In this document: positions 1 to 8,314 of the stretch, in pieces | How positions within the stretch are numbered: position 1 is the stretch's first letter | How the letters are laid out: each line of letters begins with the position of its first letter | NCBI RefSeq assembly: GCF_005116465.1 | Contig: NZ_SWBM01000006.1 | Location: 112,993-144,992, forward strand | Direction: 5' to 3' | Length of the DNA stretch: 32,000 nt | Source of the DNA: Robertmurraya kyonggiensis | GTDB lineage: Bacteria; Bacillota; Bacilli; Bacillales; Cytobacillaceae | Position numbers and translations under genes: made by a program | Notes under the pieces: model-generated | Told to the model about the DNA's origin: nothing | Databases searched by the model: none | What the model saw: only the letters and a program-made list of their open reading frames with translations

Positions 1-582
1 TTTAGTGCAGGCCTTTATCAGATGCTACCAAGAATAAAATTAACCGATTTACTCATGGATGTTGCTCATATAACAGGATTTCATGAGCAATTCACCCATG
101 CTTCCAATAATCGAAAACCAGATAAAGAAGAAACAATCATTATCATGGCTGCCCTTTTAGGAATGGGAATGAATATTGGCTTGAGCAAGATGGCCGAAGC
201 CACACCCGGACTTACATATAAGCAACTAGCCAATGTATCTCAATGGCGCATGTATGAAGATGCAATGAATAAAGCCCAAGCCATTTTAGTAAATTTCCAT
301 CATAAATTACAGTTGTCCTCCTATTGGGGCGACGGTACAACATCCTCGTCAGATGGTATGAGAATGCAACTAGGTGTTTCATCACTGCATGCAGATGCAA
401 ACCCACATTACGGGACTGGAAAAGGAGCCACTATCTACCGTTTTACTAGTGATCAATTCTCTTCTTATTACACAAAGATTATACATACAAATTCAAGGGA
501 TGCTATTCATGTTTTGGATGGATTGTTGCACCATGAGACGGATCTAAATATAGAAGAGCATTATACAGACACGGCCGGTTAT
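1..582 (+). pseudogene. tnpA: Tn3-family transposase TnpA, upstream fragment. It is open from the window edge and homology ends after ...EEHYTDTAGY.
   Basis: The ORF at 22..633 extends to position 1 in frame. After codon GGT TAT (577-582) the translation becomes an unrelated tail (QYLFVKKLKLL...) and stops at 633. Confidence 0.85.
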
Positions 583-654
583 CAATACCTTTTTGTAAAA
601 AAATTAAAATTATTATGTGTTCTTTCATTGTAGACATGTACTTAACGAAAGATT

Positions 655-686
655 TAAAAATGACTAACGATTTAAAGTCGTTAGCC
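655..686 (-). terminator. Hairpin plus T-run downstream of the cargo gene.
   Basis: CTAACGA/TCGTTAG forms a 7-bp stem (665-685), followed on the minus strand by TCATTTTT. Confidence 0.4.
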
Positions 687-775
687 ATTATCTTTCACAA
701 TCGCGCTCGATTGTGGAAGATTTTAAAAAATAATAAAGCTTCAAAATTAATCTTTAGTTATTACTAACGCTTCCT

Positions 776-1177
776 TTACTTTTGAGAGCCAAATTTATTC
801 TCTATTTCCTTGAAGTCTTTGCTATCAATATCTGGTGGTTCTTTATCATTTTCTCTTAATGTCCAATTAAAAAATCCAGAAATCAATGCAAATATGAGTG
901 AACCTTGCGAAGCAATCTCAATATTCACCATAAATGTATCGAGTAACTCCATTAACACAAAAGTGAGACCTGTATTCAAAATAAATGACAACCAGCCGTT
1001 GCTTGATTGAATAATACCAACAGATCTCAAAGCTTTTGGTATCGCATTTGTAATGAGTGAGAGAGGTATTTCAAGGAATACATACATAACAAAGAAAAAT
1101 ACTAAAGCACTGATTGAATTATATTGTAATCCGAGTAACCTTAAAAATATGTATTCAAAAAAGGTAATACCAAACAA
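776..1177 (-). CDS. Small multi-pass membrane protein, the cargo of the nested element, possibly YrvL-like. The true start is probably further upstream.
   Basis: The protein has hydrophobic segments followed by an acidic or charged tail. The annotated start is TTG. The frame stays open upstream to about 1276, and an AGGAAGGAG SD lies at 1240-1248. Confidence 0.55.
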   Translation of the reverse strand: MFGITFFEYIFLRLLGLQYNSISALVFFFVMYVFLEIPLSLITNAIPKALRSVGIIQSSNGWLSFILNTGLTFVLMELLDTFMVNIEIASQGSLIFALISGFFNWTLRENDKEPPDIDSKDFKEIENKFGSQK

Positions 1178-1424
1178 AATTATTAGTACGATAGATGTAC
1201 AGATAACTATTGTTTTAATTTTATTTATCTTAAACGACTCCTTCCTAAATTTGCCCGTTAATTTAAGTACAACGCTTCACAACCTCTCTTAAATTTTATC
1301 ATTATATTCAATTTTCTTTAAAGCTATTGTTCCAGAAAATGGCCCGATTGCTGAATACAACTTATCTTTTAACGGCATTGTCATATTACACAGAAAATCA
1401 AACAGGGAGGGAAAATCGTAGATC

Positions 1425-1808
1425 TTAAATTCCCTCATAAATCTTCCCAAATTTAATTTTCATTTGTTCTTTAATTTCTTTATTTTCCTTCTCTAAATCT
1501 TTGATTCTCTTCCGTAAGGAAGAAATAATTACATCTTTAGATGCGTCACTCATATTTCTTTTAGCTTGTTTTATTGAAGGGAGACCTTCTTGTTGATTGC
1601 GAAGTGTTTCGATTCGTTCTCGGAGTTCTGTATTTCTGTATAGAAATGCTTTTGAAACCCCTGATTCTGCAGAAACAGAGTTAAAATTGATTTTTATTTG
1701 TTTTTTTATCATCTTTTTGATCGCTTCTTCAACTTTTTGAATGGTCTTTTCCGTTTTTAACTTTGCATGTTTTATAATACCTTCGGTATTTGGGTTTTCA
1801 TTAGACAT
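1425..1808 (-). CDS. tnpC: Small Lys/Glu-rich coiled-coil protein, Tn554 TnpC-like (127 aa).
   Basis: Its position is third in the trio, overlapping the tnpB-like gene by 8 nt. Its size is close to the 125 aa of Tn554 TnpC. The call rests on context only. Confidence 0.55.
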   Translation of the reverse strand: MSNENPNTEGIIKHAKLKTEKTIQKVEEAIKKMIKKQIKINFNSVSAESGVSKAFLYRNTELRERIETLRNQQEGLPSIKQAKRNMSDASKDVIISSLRKRIKDLEKENKEIKEQMKIKFGKIYEGI

Positions 1809-3837
1809 TTTGCATCACCTTCTCACGTTCATCTCCAACATACTCACGCCTGGTTTTATCTAAACCAAAGATACCACCAGTATGTAGTAAACCATTTGCT
1901 AATTCTTTATATCTTTTTAATTTGGGCTCAATTAACTCAACGGAACGTAACCTTCCGGATTTTTTGTATACTCCAATATCAGCTTCCATTTTAGATATCT
2001 GTTCTTGGTAATAGTCGAGAAACGTCTTGTCAACGTGAAAACTTCGGCAGTTGTTTTTAATACAGGGTGGTTCTAATGTCTGTTCAAGAAAATCACAATG
2101 AAGTTTAGGGCTTTTTACACAAAACCCATGATCTAAACGAATGGAGTCCATGTTATGACGTATCCATTCCAGTTCAACTCCGTTTTCTTCAGCCTGTTGA
2201 GCTAAATTAGCGACAATAACTTCTCCATGTGTATCTAGTCTTACTGCGCCAATATCGCGAGCCTTTTCCCATTCATCACGGAGTGTTTGATCATGAATTT
2301 GGGCATAGACTAACGTCATTTCAGGACTGGCATGAGCCATCAGTTTTTGAACATGAAGAATATTCATTCCGTTATTAATCAAATTAACACCGTAACGGTG
2401 TCGGAACGCATGATTTTTAAACCAATAAATTTCTCCATCTTTGTCCTTAATATTACATCTGTTAGCTAGTTTATTAAGGTTCAACTTAATGGAATCTTGC
2501 GATATGGGATTACCCATCCTTTTCCCTTTAAGTGTTGGAAACAAATATTTCTTAGGGTTCGTGTCCAAAGTTGATCTCTTTTTTGTAAGTTCTTGCTGCG
2601 CTAGGACCACATTTGCAATTTCCTCTGAAATAGGAACTTTATGATTTTTATAACTTACTTTTCTTTGATCTCCGATAATCCACCAGCCATCTTCTTGATT
2701 TACTAAGCAGTCAATTTTAAGTGATAAAACGTCACTTATTCGAAAACCTGTAGCTTCCATTAGAAGAATTATAGGTATATGATCTGAGGAAAGTTGGTTA
2801 ATATGGTAAATTAACTGTTCCCATACTTCATCCGGGATATATTTAATTTCATCAGCTTTTGCTCTTTTCTTTTTAGGGATATCTTCAATTGACAATAGTG
2901 AAATTACTGACTTTGTCGGAGCTTCTTCCCATTCGAATTTCTGTATGTATGAGATAAACGTTTTAAGGTCTATTAAAAAACGATTTACATAATTGTGATC
3001 TGGATTAATTAAATATTTTCCCTTTTTAATAGTGGAATGTCGCAAGTATTCAATGTACTCCTCAATATCCATTCTGGATAGCTGGTTTAATTCTTTCCAC
3101 TCAGGATGTTTACCCTTCAAAAAGGTGAAGAAAAACGAAAGTCTATTTAAATAACATATTGCTGTAGAAAAGCTAATGGATTGCTGAACAACTAGGCGAG
3201 TCTTTATATATTTTTTAAATAATTGTCTATAAGGTTGTGGAACCTTCGAAAAGTCTAATGAATATCTACTAATTGTATTGTTATAATTAATATTCAATTT
3301 TCGTACATCCCAACAATCCTTGTCTGTTTCATCACGTTCATCATAAAGCTGATAATAAAATTCATAAACTTGAAGAAAGAGTCTAATATACAAAGATGGT
3401 TGAACTGTTGGTGACAACCATGGTGATGACTTTTTCCGGTGTACAATTTCAACTGATTTTCCATTCTCTACAAGAAATGTTCGATATTCTGTTAGAAACT
3501 TTTCCTTCTGTATATCAATAATAGAATCTAAATTGGCATAGTATCGAGAGATGAATTCTGTAAAAATTTTAAGACATGGAGAATAATGCATGAAAGCATA
3601 GGTAATCGAAATCCTTGTCTCCTTTAATCCCTTATAAAAATAGTATTTTAATTCATTTTTCAATCTAAGATTGTGTACCTTATCAAAAATCAATTTTCTA
3701 TTCCAATCATAATGTTTATCCAGGATGGGACATTCTTGTACATTCCATACATCATTTGCCCAATATCCATGTAATGGTTCATTTATCTGTTCCAGATGGT
3801 GGGGAAGGGGTTTTATTTTCAATGTACTCTGTGTCAT
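1801..3837 (-). CDS. tnpB: Large tyrosine recombinase, Tn554 TnpB-like (678 aa).
   Basis: It carries GFRISDVLSL, HAFRHRYGVNLINNG and LMAHASPEMTLVYAQI integrase motifs, and is translationally coupled to both neighbouring genes. Confidence 0.8.
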   Translation of the reverse strand: MTQSTLKIKPLPHHLEQINEPLHGYWANDVWNVQECPILDKHYDWNRKLIFDKVHNLRLKNELKYYFYKGLKETRISITYAFMHYSPCLKIFTEFISRYYANLDSIIDIQKEKFLTEYRTFLVENGKSVEIVHRKKSSPWLSPTVQPSLYIRLFLQVYEFYYQLYDERDETDKDCWDVRKLNINYNNTISRYSLDFSKVPQPYRQLFKKYIKTRLVVQQSISFSTAICYLNRLSFFFTFLKGKHPEWKELNQLSRMDIEEYIEYLRHSTIKKGKYLINPDHNYVNRFLIDLKTFISYIQKFEWEEAPTKSVISLLSIEDIPKKKRAKADEIKYIPDEVWEQLIYHINQLSSDHIPIILLMEATGFRISDVLSLKIDCLVNQEDGWWIIGDQRKVSYKNHKVPISEEIANVVLAQQELTKKRSTLDTNPKKYLFPTLKGKRMGNPISQDSIKLNLNKLANRCNIKDKDGEIYWFKNHAFRHRYGVNLINNGMNILHVQKLMAHASPEMTLVYAQIHDQTLRDEWEKARDIGAVRLDTHGEVIVANLAQQAEENGVELEWIRHNMDSIRLDHGFCVKSPKLHCDFLEQTLEPPCIKNNCRSFHVDKTFLDYYQEQISKMEADIGVYKKSGRLRSVELIEPKLKRYKELANGLLHTGGIFGLDKTRREYVGDEREKVMQNV

Positions 3838-4928
3838 TATTTATCTCTTCTTCCTATTTTTTTGTTTGATTGAGCTTGTTCCCAGCTTCCACGTATGGTT
3901 TCATCGGATGCATGGATATAAGTCTGTATCGTTGTTTGAACGTGTGCATGCCCTAATAATCTCTGTATGATGGCAATATCTACTCCTGCTTCATGTAACT
4001 CTGTGGCATATGTATGCCGAAGCATATGAGGGGTAAAATCTATTCCTGTTTTTTTCTTCATCCGTTTAATTAAAGAACGTACAGAACCATCAGTCATTGG
4101 TTTACCACGATTTGGTCCAGTTAAGGTGATAAACACATAATTGCTATCAATTTCGTAAGAATGAAAGTCTATTAGATAATCTTGAAAGAGATTCATAGTC
4201 TCAATAGATACATAGACTTTTCGTTTTTCTCCATCGGATGTTTTGGATCTCCTAACCGAAATAGTATTTTTACCAATATCAAAATCCTCTACCCACAGAG
4301 AAAGGGCCTCTCCAATACGTAATCCACCTTCATATAAAATACGGAACAATAATTCATCCCGTATATTGCTGCAAGCATTATGAATTACTTGTAATTGGTT
4401 TTTATTTAACGTTTTAACTGTACGCTTTGGCTCCTTAACTTTTAAAATGTTTTTATCATAAGAATTCCCTTTTGTAATGTGATGGAGGAAGGGTTTAAAC
4501 GTCCTAAAACGCCCTGGGGCCTGCTTTTTTAATTGATTATTTACATTTCCCACGTAATCCTCATTACGAGTCAAATAGTCATAGAATCCTATGACACAAG
4601 TTATGATGGTATTGACTGTTCTTTCTGATCGTTTAGCTAAGGTTTCTTCAAAGTAAATGACTTTTATAGATTGATCGGGAATTCTCAGCCAACCGATGAA
4701 TTGAGCCAAGATATCAAGGTTCACTTCTTGATATCTTAACCGACTTTCCTCTAGGAATTGAAAATAAAGCTTTAGATGGTAACAGTATGACTTTAGTGTA
4801 TTTTCAGCTTTTCCAATGTTATCTAAATACTTTATATACTTTGCAACCGGTATGACCGGATAGCCTCTCTTATCAATTAACAGATATCTTTTCTTCTCTT
4901 GAATGAGAACTTCTTGTACTTTCAACAT
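3837..4928 (-). CDS. tnpA: Tyrosine recombinase, Tn554 TnpA-like (363 aa).
   Basis: The C-terminal catalytic signature is HMLRHTYATELHEAGV...LLGHAHVQTTIQTYIH (R, HxxR, H, Y). Its stop overlaps the next gene's ATG (TAATG). Confidence 0.8.
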   Translation of the reverse strand: MLKVQEVLIQEKKRYLLIDKRGYPVIPVAKYIKYLDNIGKAENTLKSYCYHLKLYFQFLEESRLRYQEVNLDILAQFIGWLRIPDQSIKVIYFEETLAKRSERTVNTIITCVIGFYDYLTRNEDYVGNVNNQLKKQAPGRFRTFKPFLHHITKGNSYDKNILKVKEPKRTVKTLNKNQLQVIHNACSNIRDELLFRILYEGGLRIGEALSLWVEDFDIGKNTISVRRSKTSDGEKRKVYVSIETMNLFQDYLIDFHSYEIDSNYVFITLTGPNRGKPMTDGSVRSLIKRMKKKTGIDFTPHMLRHTYATELHEAGVDIAIIQRLLGHAHVQTTIQTYIHASDETIRGSWEQAQSNKKIGRRDK

Positions 4929-5067
4929 TCCACCCCCTAATTCGTAAGATACTATATATTCATAAATTTAATAGTACAAATAATAATTCTTTAATGAAAT
5001 ATAAAAGAAGTAGTTACTATCGCAAGATACGTTAATAACTACTTCTAATACTAGTACAATTAAGGCT

Positions 5068-5757
5068 GGTTACACAGACCAAATATTCGGACTGACTCAT
5101 TTATTAGGATTTAAATTTGCTCCTAGAATAAGAGATTTATCAGACTCGAAATTATTTACAATAGATAAAGCAAGTGAGTATCCAAAATTAGAAGCCATTT
5201 TACGTGGACAAATAAATACAAAGGTCATTAAAGAAAATTATGAGGATGTTTTGCGATTAGCTCATTCTATAAGGGAGGGAACAGTTTCAGCCTCCCTTAT
5301 TATGGGGAAACTAGGTTCCTATTCAAGACAAAACAGCTTAGCTACCGCCTTACGTGAGATGGGCCGAATAGAAAAAACGATCTTTATTTTGAATTATATA
5401 TCGGATGAATCATTAAGAAGAAAAATACAAAGAGGATTGAATAAAGGAGAAGCCATGAATGGATTGGCAAGGGCTATTTTCTTTGGAAAACAAGGTGAGC
5501 TTAGAGAACGAACCATACAGCATCAATTGCAAAGGGCCAGTGCCTTAAACATAATCATTAATGCCATCAGTATCTGGAATACCTTACATCTAACAAAAGC
5601 AGTTGAATATCAAAAACAGGGTGGTAGTTTTAATGAAGAATTATTGCACCATATATCACCTCTAGGTTGGGAACATATTAATTTGCTAGGAGAGTACCAT
5701 TTTAATTCCGAGAAAATGGTCTCGGTAGATTCTTTAAGACCATTGAAATTTTCTTAA
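5068..5757 (+). pseudogene. tnpA: Tn3-family transposase TnpA, C-terminal fragment.
   Basis: It lies in the same frame (frame 1) as the upstream fragment. Translation from 5068 reads GYTDQIFGLTHLLGFKFAPRIRDLSDSKLF...LNKGEAMNGLARAIFFGKQGELRERT...INLLGEYHF, the conserved Tn3-family C-terminus. It has no start codon of its own. Confidence 0.85.
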
Positions 5758-5793
5758 CGTTGTTAAAAATGGGGGAATCGTCTCGAAAATGTG

Positions 5794-5831
5794 CTTAGCG
5801 TTGTAAATCCGCATTTTCCTGACGGTACCCC
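5794..5831. repeat. Terminal inverted repeat (outer end at 5831) of the Tn3-family transposon.
   Basis: The reverse complement reads GGGGTACCGTCAGGAAAATGCGGATTTACAACGCTAAG. The GGGG start and ACGCTAAG inner end are hallmarks of Tn3-family 38-bp IRs, and as I recall it the Tn4430 IR is similar. Confidence 0.75.
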
Positions 5832-5842
5832 TTATAGAACCA

Positions 5843-6703
5843 ATGCTACTTGAAGTAGCTCCAGATAAATTAGATTTATCCTTATCAGTAATCCAGGAAT
5901 TAAAGATGGACGGGGTAAGGATTTTATATAGCACTATGTCTTCAGAGAAGGAGCCTGTGATCTATACACGCCATAATAACGTTATAACTACCTCTTTTCC
6001 TGAATTGCACTCTCTAGGAATTGATAAAGGGACCATCTTAGATGGAGAATTAATATACTCTGACTCTTACAATCAAGGTAAACCGGACTTTGAAAAGGTA
6101 ATGAGCAGGATTAATGTAAAGGATGATAGAAAGGTAGCTATACTAAGCAAAGAAACACCTTGTATGGCTGTATTTTTTGATATCCTTTATTGGAAAGGTG
6201 AATCAGTCATGCACTTACCTTTATTGGAACGAAAAAGATTACTCGATTTAGCCCTAGGAGACCAGGAATCAGCTTGTAAGATAAAGTGGAGTATCGGTAA
6301 TGGCCAAGAGTTATTTAATTTAGCAAAAGAGCATTCATTAGAGGGGATTGTCTTAAAGAACCCTGAATCCCGCTATTATAATAAGCGTCATGAAGCTTGG
6401 CAGAAGAAAATTGCATATTTGACCTCTCAGGTATATATACTTGGCTTGCGTAAGGGGAAATTCGGTTGGCTATTAGGTCGTAAGGAGAACGGGAGAATTA
6501 GACCAGCTGGTGTTATGGAGTTTGGTGTGTCTCCTGATGAGAGAAAGGCATTTTATCAGATTTCTAAACAGATTATAACAGAGGAAGACAAAAATTTTAT
6601 ATATATTGAGCCAGTAGTTCAATGTAAGATCAAATATCGTAACATTACTTCAAAAGGACATTTTCGAATACCTGTCTTTGAGAACTTTATATTTAATAAT
6701 TAA
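5843..6703 (+). CDS. ATP-dependent DNA ligase (minimal, adenylation plus OB domains), probably 5'-truncated by the transposon insertion.
   Basis: Motif I is ELKMDGVR (KxDGxR), with further ligase motifs ILDGELI, AVFFDILYW, EGIVLK and WQKKIAY. The first ATG falls inside the conserved N-terminal PML motif, there is no SD, and the Tn3 IR ends 12 nt upstream. Confidence 0.8.
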   Translation: MLLEVAPDKLDLSLSVIQELKMDGVRILYSTMSSEKEPVIYTRHNNVITTSFPELHSLGIDKGTILDGELIYSDSYNQGKPDFEKVMSRINVKDDRKVAILSKETPCMAVFFDILYWKGESVMHLPLLERKRLLDLALGDQESACKIKWSIGNGQELFNLAKEHSLEGIVLKNPESRYYNKRHEAWQKKIAYLTSQVYILGLRKGKFGWLLGRKENGRIRPAGVMEFGVSPDERKAFYQISKQIITEEDKNFIYIEPVVQCKIKYRNITSKGHFRIPVFENFIFNN

Positions 6704-6865
6704 ATGTTGGTAGAATATTCATCTTAATTACTCTACTTTTTTATTTGCCAAGAAGATAGGTTGAGAATTATGGTAGAATCTAGCATATATGTAGGTTAAT
6801 AAAATGGATTGAACATTTATAACCAAGTTCGATTATTTTAAATAAAGTTTGATTGGAGAGTTACT

Positions 6866-7444
6866 ATGTTAGAAAAAATAAAGGATATTAGACTTGCTCT
6901 TTATAATCAGAACTATCAAGCAGCTCTTGCATTATCGTTAACTTTACCTGATATTTGCGGACAGATTGAATATCCGAATTTAAAAAGGCGTGACGGTAGA
7001 CGAAATATAGGACAGCAATATGCAACTTGGTTTAATGATTGGGTTAATCATTATTACGCAGATCCTACTGGTTGGACAGATGATTACTCAAAAGCGAAAA
7101 GTCCAATTTTTACAGGTGAAATGTGTTATTCTTTGCGTTGTTCATTTTTACATGAAGGAAACTCGGATATACCAGAATGGGACGAAAAGGAAGATAGTGA
7201 TTTTCATTATTTATACAAATTTCAATAATCAGTAGGCGGTGCAGATTCAACTAGTGTATATTGGGAAAACCCCACCAACTATAACTTAAAAATAACAAAA
7301 ACAAAAACTGTGCGAATAAGTATAGATAAATTGTGTGAATGTATTTGCCTTTCTGCTGAAAAGTTTTATCTAGAAAAAGGCGCAAATCTATTTATAGATA
7401 ACAAAATTAACTTTATTGACTTTAATTCATCTAAAACTAAGTAA
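6866..7444 (+). pseudogene. Hypothetical protein gene interrupted by a single in-frame TAA at 7226-7228.
   Basis: A 120-codon ORF is followed, in the same frame, by 72 further stop-free codons (SVGGADSTSVYWENP...FNSSKTK) in AT-rich DNA. A GGAG SD precedes the ATG at 6866. Confidence 0.6.
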
Positions 7445-7542
7445 ATATAAAAATACAAAGTCATTCACATATGTTATTGATTTTTAATCTCATTCTTAAT
7501 AACATGGATATTGTAGTTATAATATTGAATCGATAAGGCGGA

Positions 7543-7590
7543 GCACGCAAGATTCACCCTACAAAGAGGGGGATTTTGTGTGCTTTTTTA
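7543..7590 (+). terminator. Long hairpin plus T-run, either a rho-independent terminator or a leader attenuator, between the 6866 gene and the HD-GYP gene.
   Basis: GCACGCAA (7543-7550) pairs with TTGTGTGC (7576-7583). An inner CACCCT/AGGGGG helix is present, and TTTTTT follows. Confidence 0.6.
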
Positions 7591-7658
7591 TTGCTTATAG
7601 TAATCACATTTCAAGTAAACTAAAGTAAATATAAAACAAATTAAAGAGGGGTATTTAA

Positions 7659-8303
7659 ATGAGTTTTTTTCAAGCCAAATTCGAGTTTATTCGAATGAAG
7701 GAAATCTTCCAAGGAGAATCAGAATGGGAAAAAGCATTTGCTTTATTTCATTGCTTGACGCTTCGTGATCTAGCAACCGCAGAACATAGTATTGAAGTCG
7801 CTTATTATGCAGCTAAGATAGCAGATAAATTAGGATTAGATGCATCACGATATTACCTTGCTGGTCTTCTTCACGATATCGGAAAAATTAGCATGGAAGA
7901 CCATCCTTTAAAAACTAGTGAGGTTCTTTCAGAAAAGGAACGTTTAAAATTGCATGATCATGTACTAAATGGAGTATTAACTCTATCTGAATTAGGTTTC
8001 GGAGAGGATGTTGTTAAGTTTTGTCTTCGCCATCACGAAAGACAGAATGGATATGGTTATCCGTTCGGGGTTGATAACGAAAATATCCCGCTTGAAGGAA
8101 AGATTGCACAAGTAGCTGATGTATTTAGTGCTTTAACAAGTACAAGGGAATATAGAGAGAATCAAAAGTCATTTACGTTAGAACAAGCACTTGAAATAAT
8201 GAAGGACGAAATGAAGAACAAAAATGCATATGACCATAGCATCTTAAGCCTATTTGAAGAAATTGTTTACCAGGACTTAATCGATAAATTGCAATATGCG
8301 TAA
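7659..8303 (+). CDS. Stand-alone HD-GYP domain phosphodiesterase (cyclic-dinucleotide phosphodiesterase family).
   Basis: It contains the HD motif LLHDIGK and the HD-GYP signature HHERQNGYGYP. An AGAGGGG SD lies upstream. Confidence 0.8.
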   Translation: MSFFQAKFEFIRMKEIFQGESEWEKAFALFHCLTLRDLATAEHSIEVAYYAAKIADKLGLDASRYYLAGLLHDIGKISMEDHPLKTSEVLSEKERLKLHDHVLNGVLTLSELGFGEDVVKFCLRHHERQNGYGYPFGVDNENIPLEGKIAQVADVFSALTSTREYRENQKSFTLEQALEIMKDEMKNKNAYDHSILSLFEEIVYQDLIDKLQYA

Positions 8304-8314
8304 AGGAGCCTTTT

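Larger units (their letters stand above)
583..5067 (-). mobile_element. Tn554-family transposon-like element (tnpA-tnpB-tnpC plus one cargo gene) nested in the Tn3 tnpA gene. Boundaries are accurate to about 10 bp.
   Basis: It lies exactly between the two halves of the split Tn3 transposase. The three minus-strand genes overlap and have the sizes and order of Tn554 TnpA/TnpB/TnpC. Both junctions carry GCYGGTTAY. Confidence 0.7.
1..5831 (+). mobile_element. Right-hand part of a Tn3-family transposon. tnpA reads toward the terminal inverted repeat, the left part lies outside the window, and tnpA is interrupted by a nested element.
   Basis: The frame-1 translation is a Tn3-family DDE transposase (GDGTTSSSDGMRM, HYTDTAGY / TDQIFGLTHLLGFKFAPRIRDL). 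A GGGG-terminated 38-bp IR follows about 35 nt after its stop and ends at 5831. Confidence 0.85.

Noticed and set aside
638-660. CATGTACTTAA resembling part of a B. subtilis Ter site, given the RTP-like protein in the window.
   Set aside because: It is only a short partial resemblance recalled from memory. It is located inside the nested transposon, far from the RTP-like gene, and has no paired half-site.
1425-4928. Recombinase-in-trio (RIT) element.
   Set aside because: Only two of the three genes have tyrosine-recombinase catalytic motifs. The third is a 127-aa coiled-coil protein. This fits the Tn554 TnpABC arrangement rather than three tandem recombinases.
7500-7600. Possible c-di-GMP or other riboswitch upstream of the HD-GYP gene.
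   Set aside because: The segment is only a single long hairpin with a T-run. I could not match it to the GEMM-I/II, preQ1 or guanidine motifs from memory. It is reported as a terminator or possible attenuator, and only a cmscan could revive the idea.
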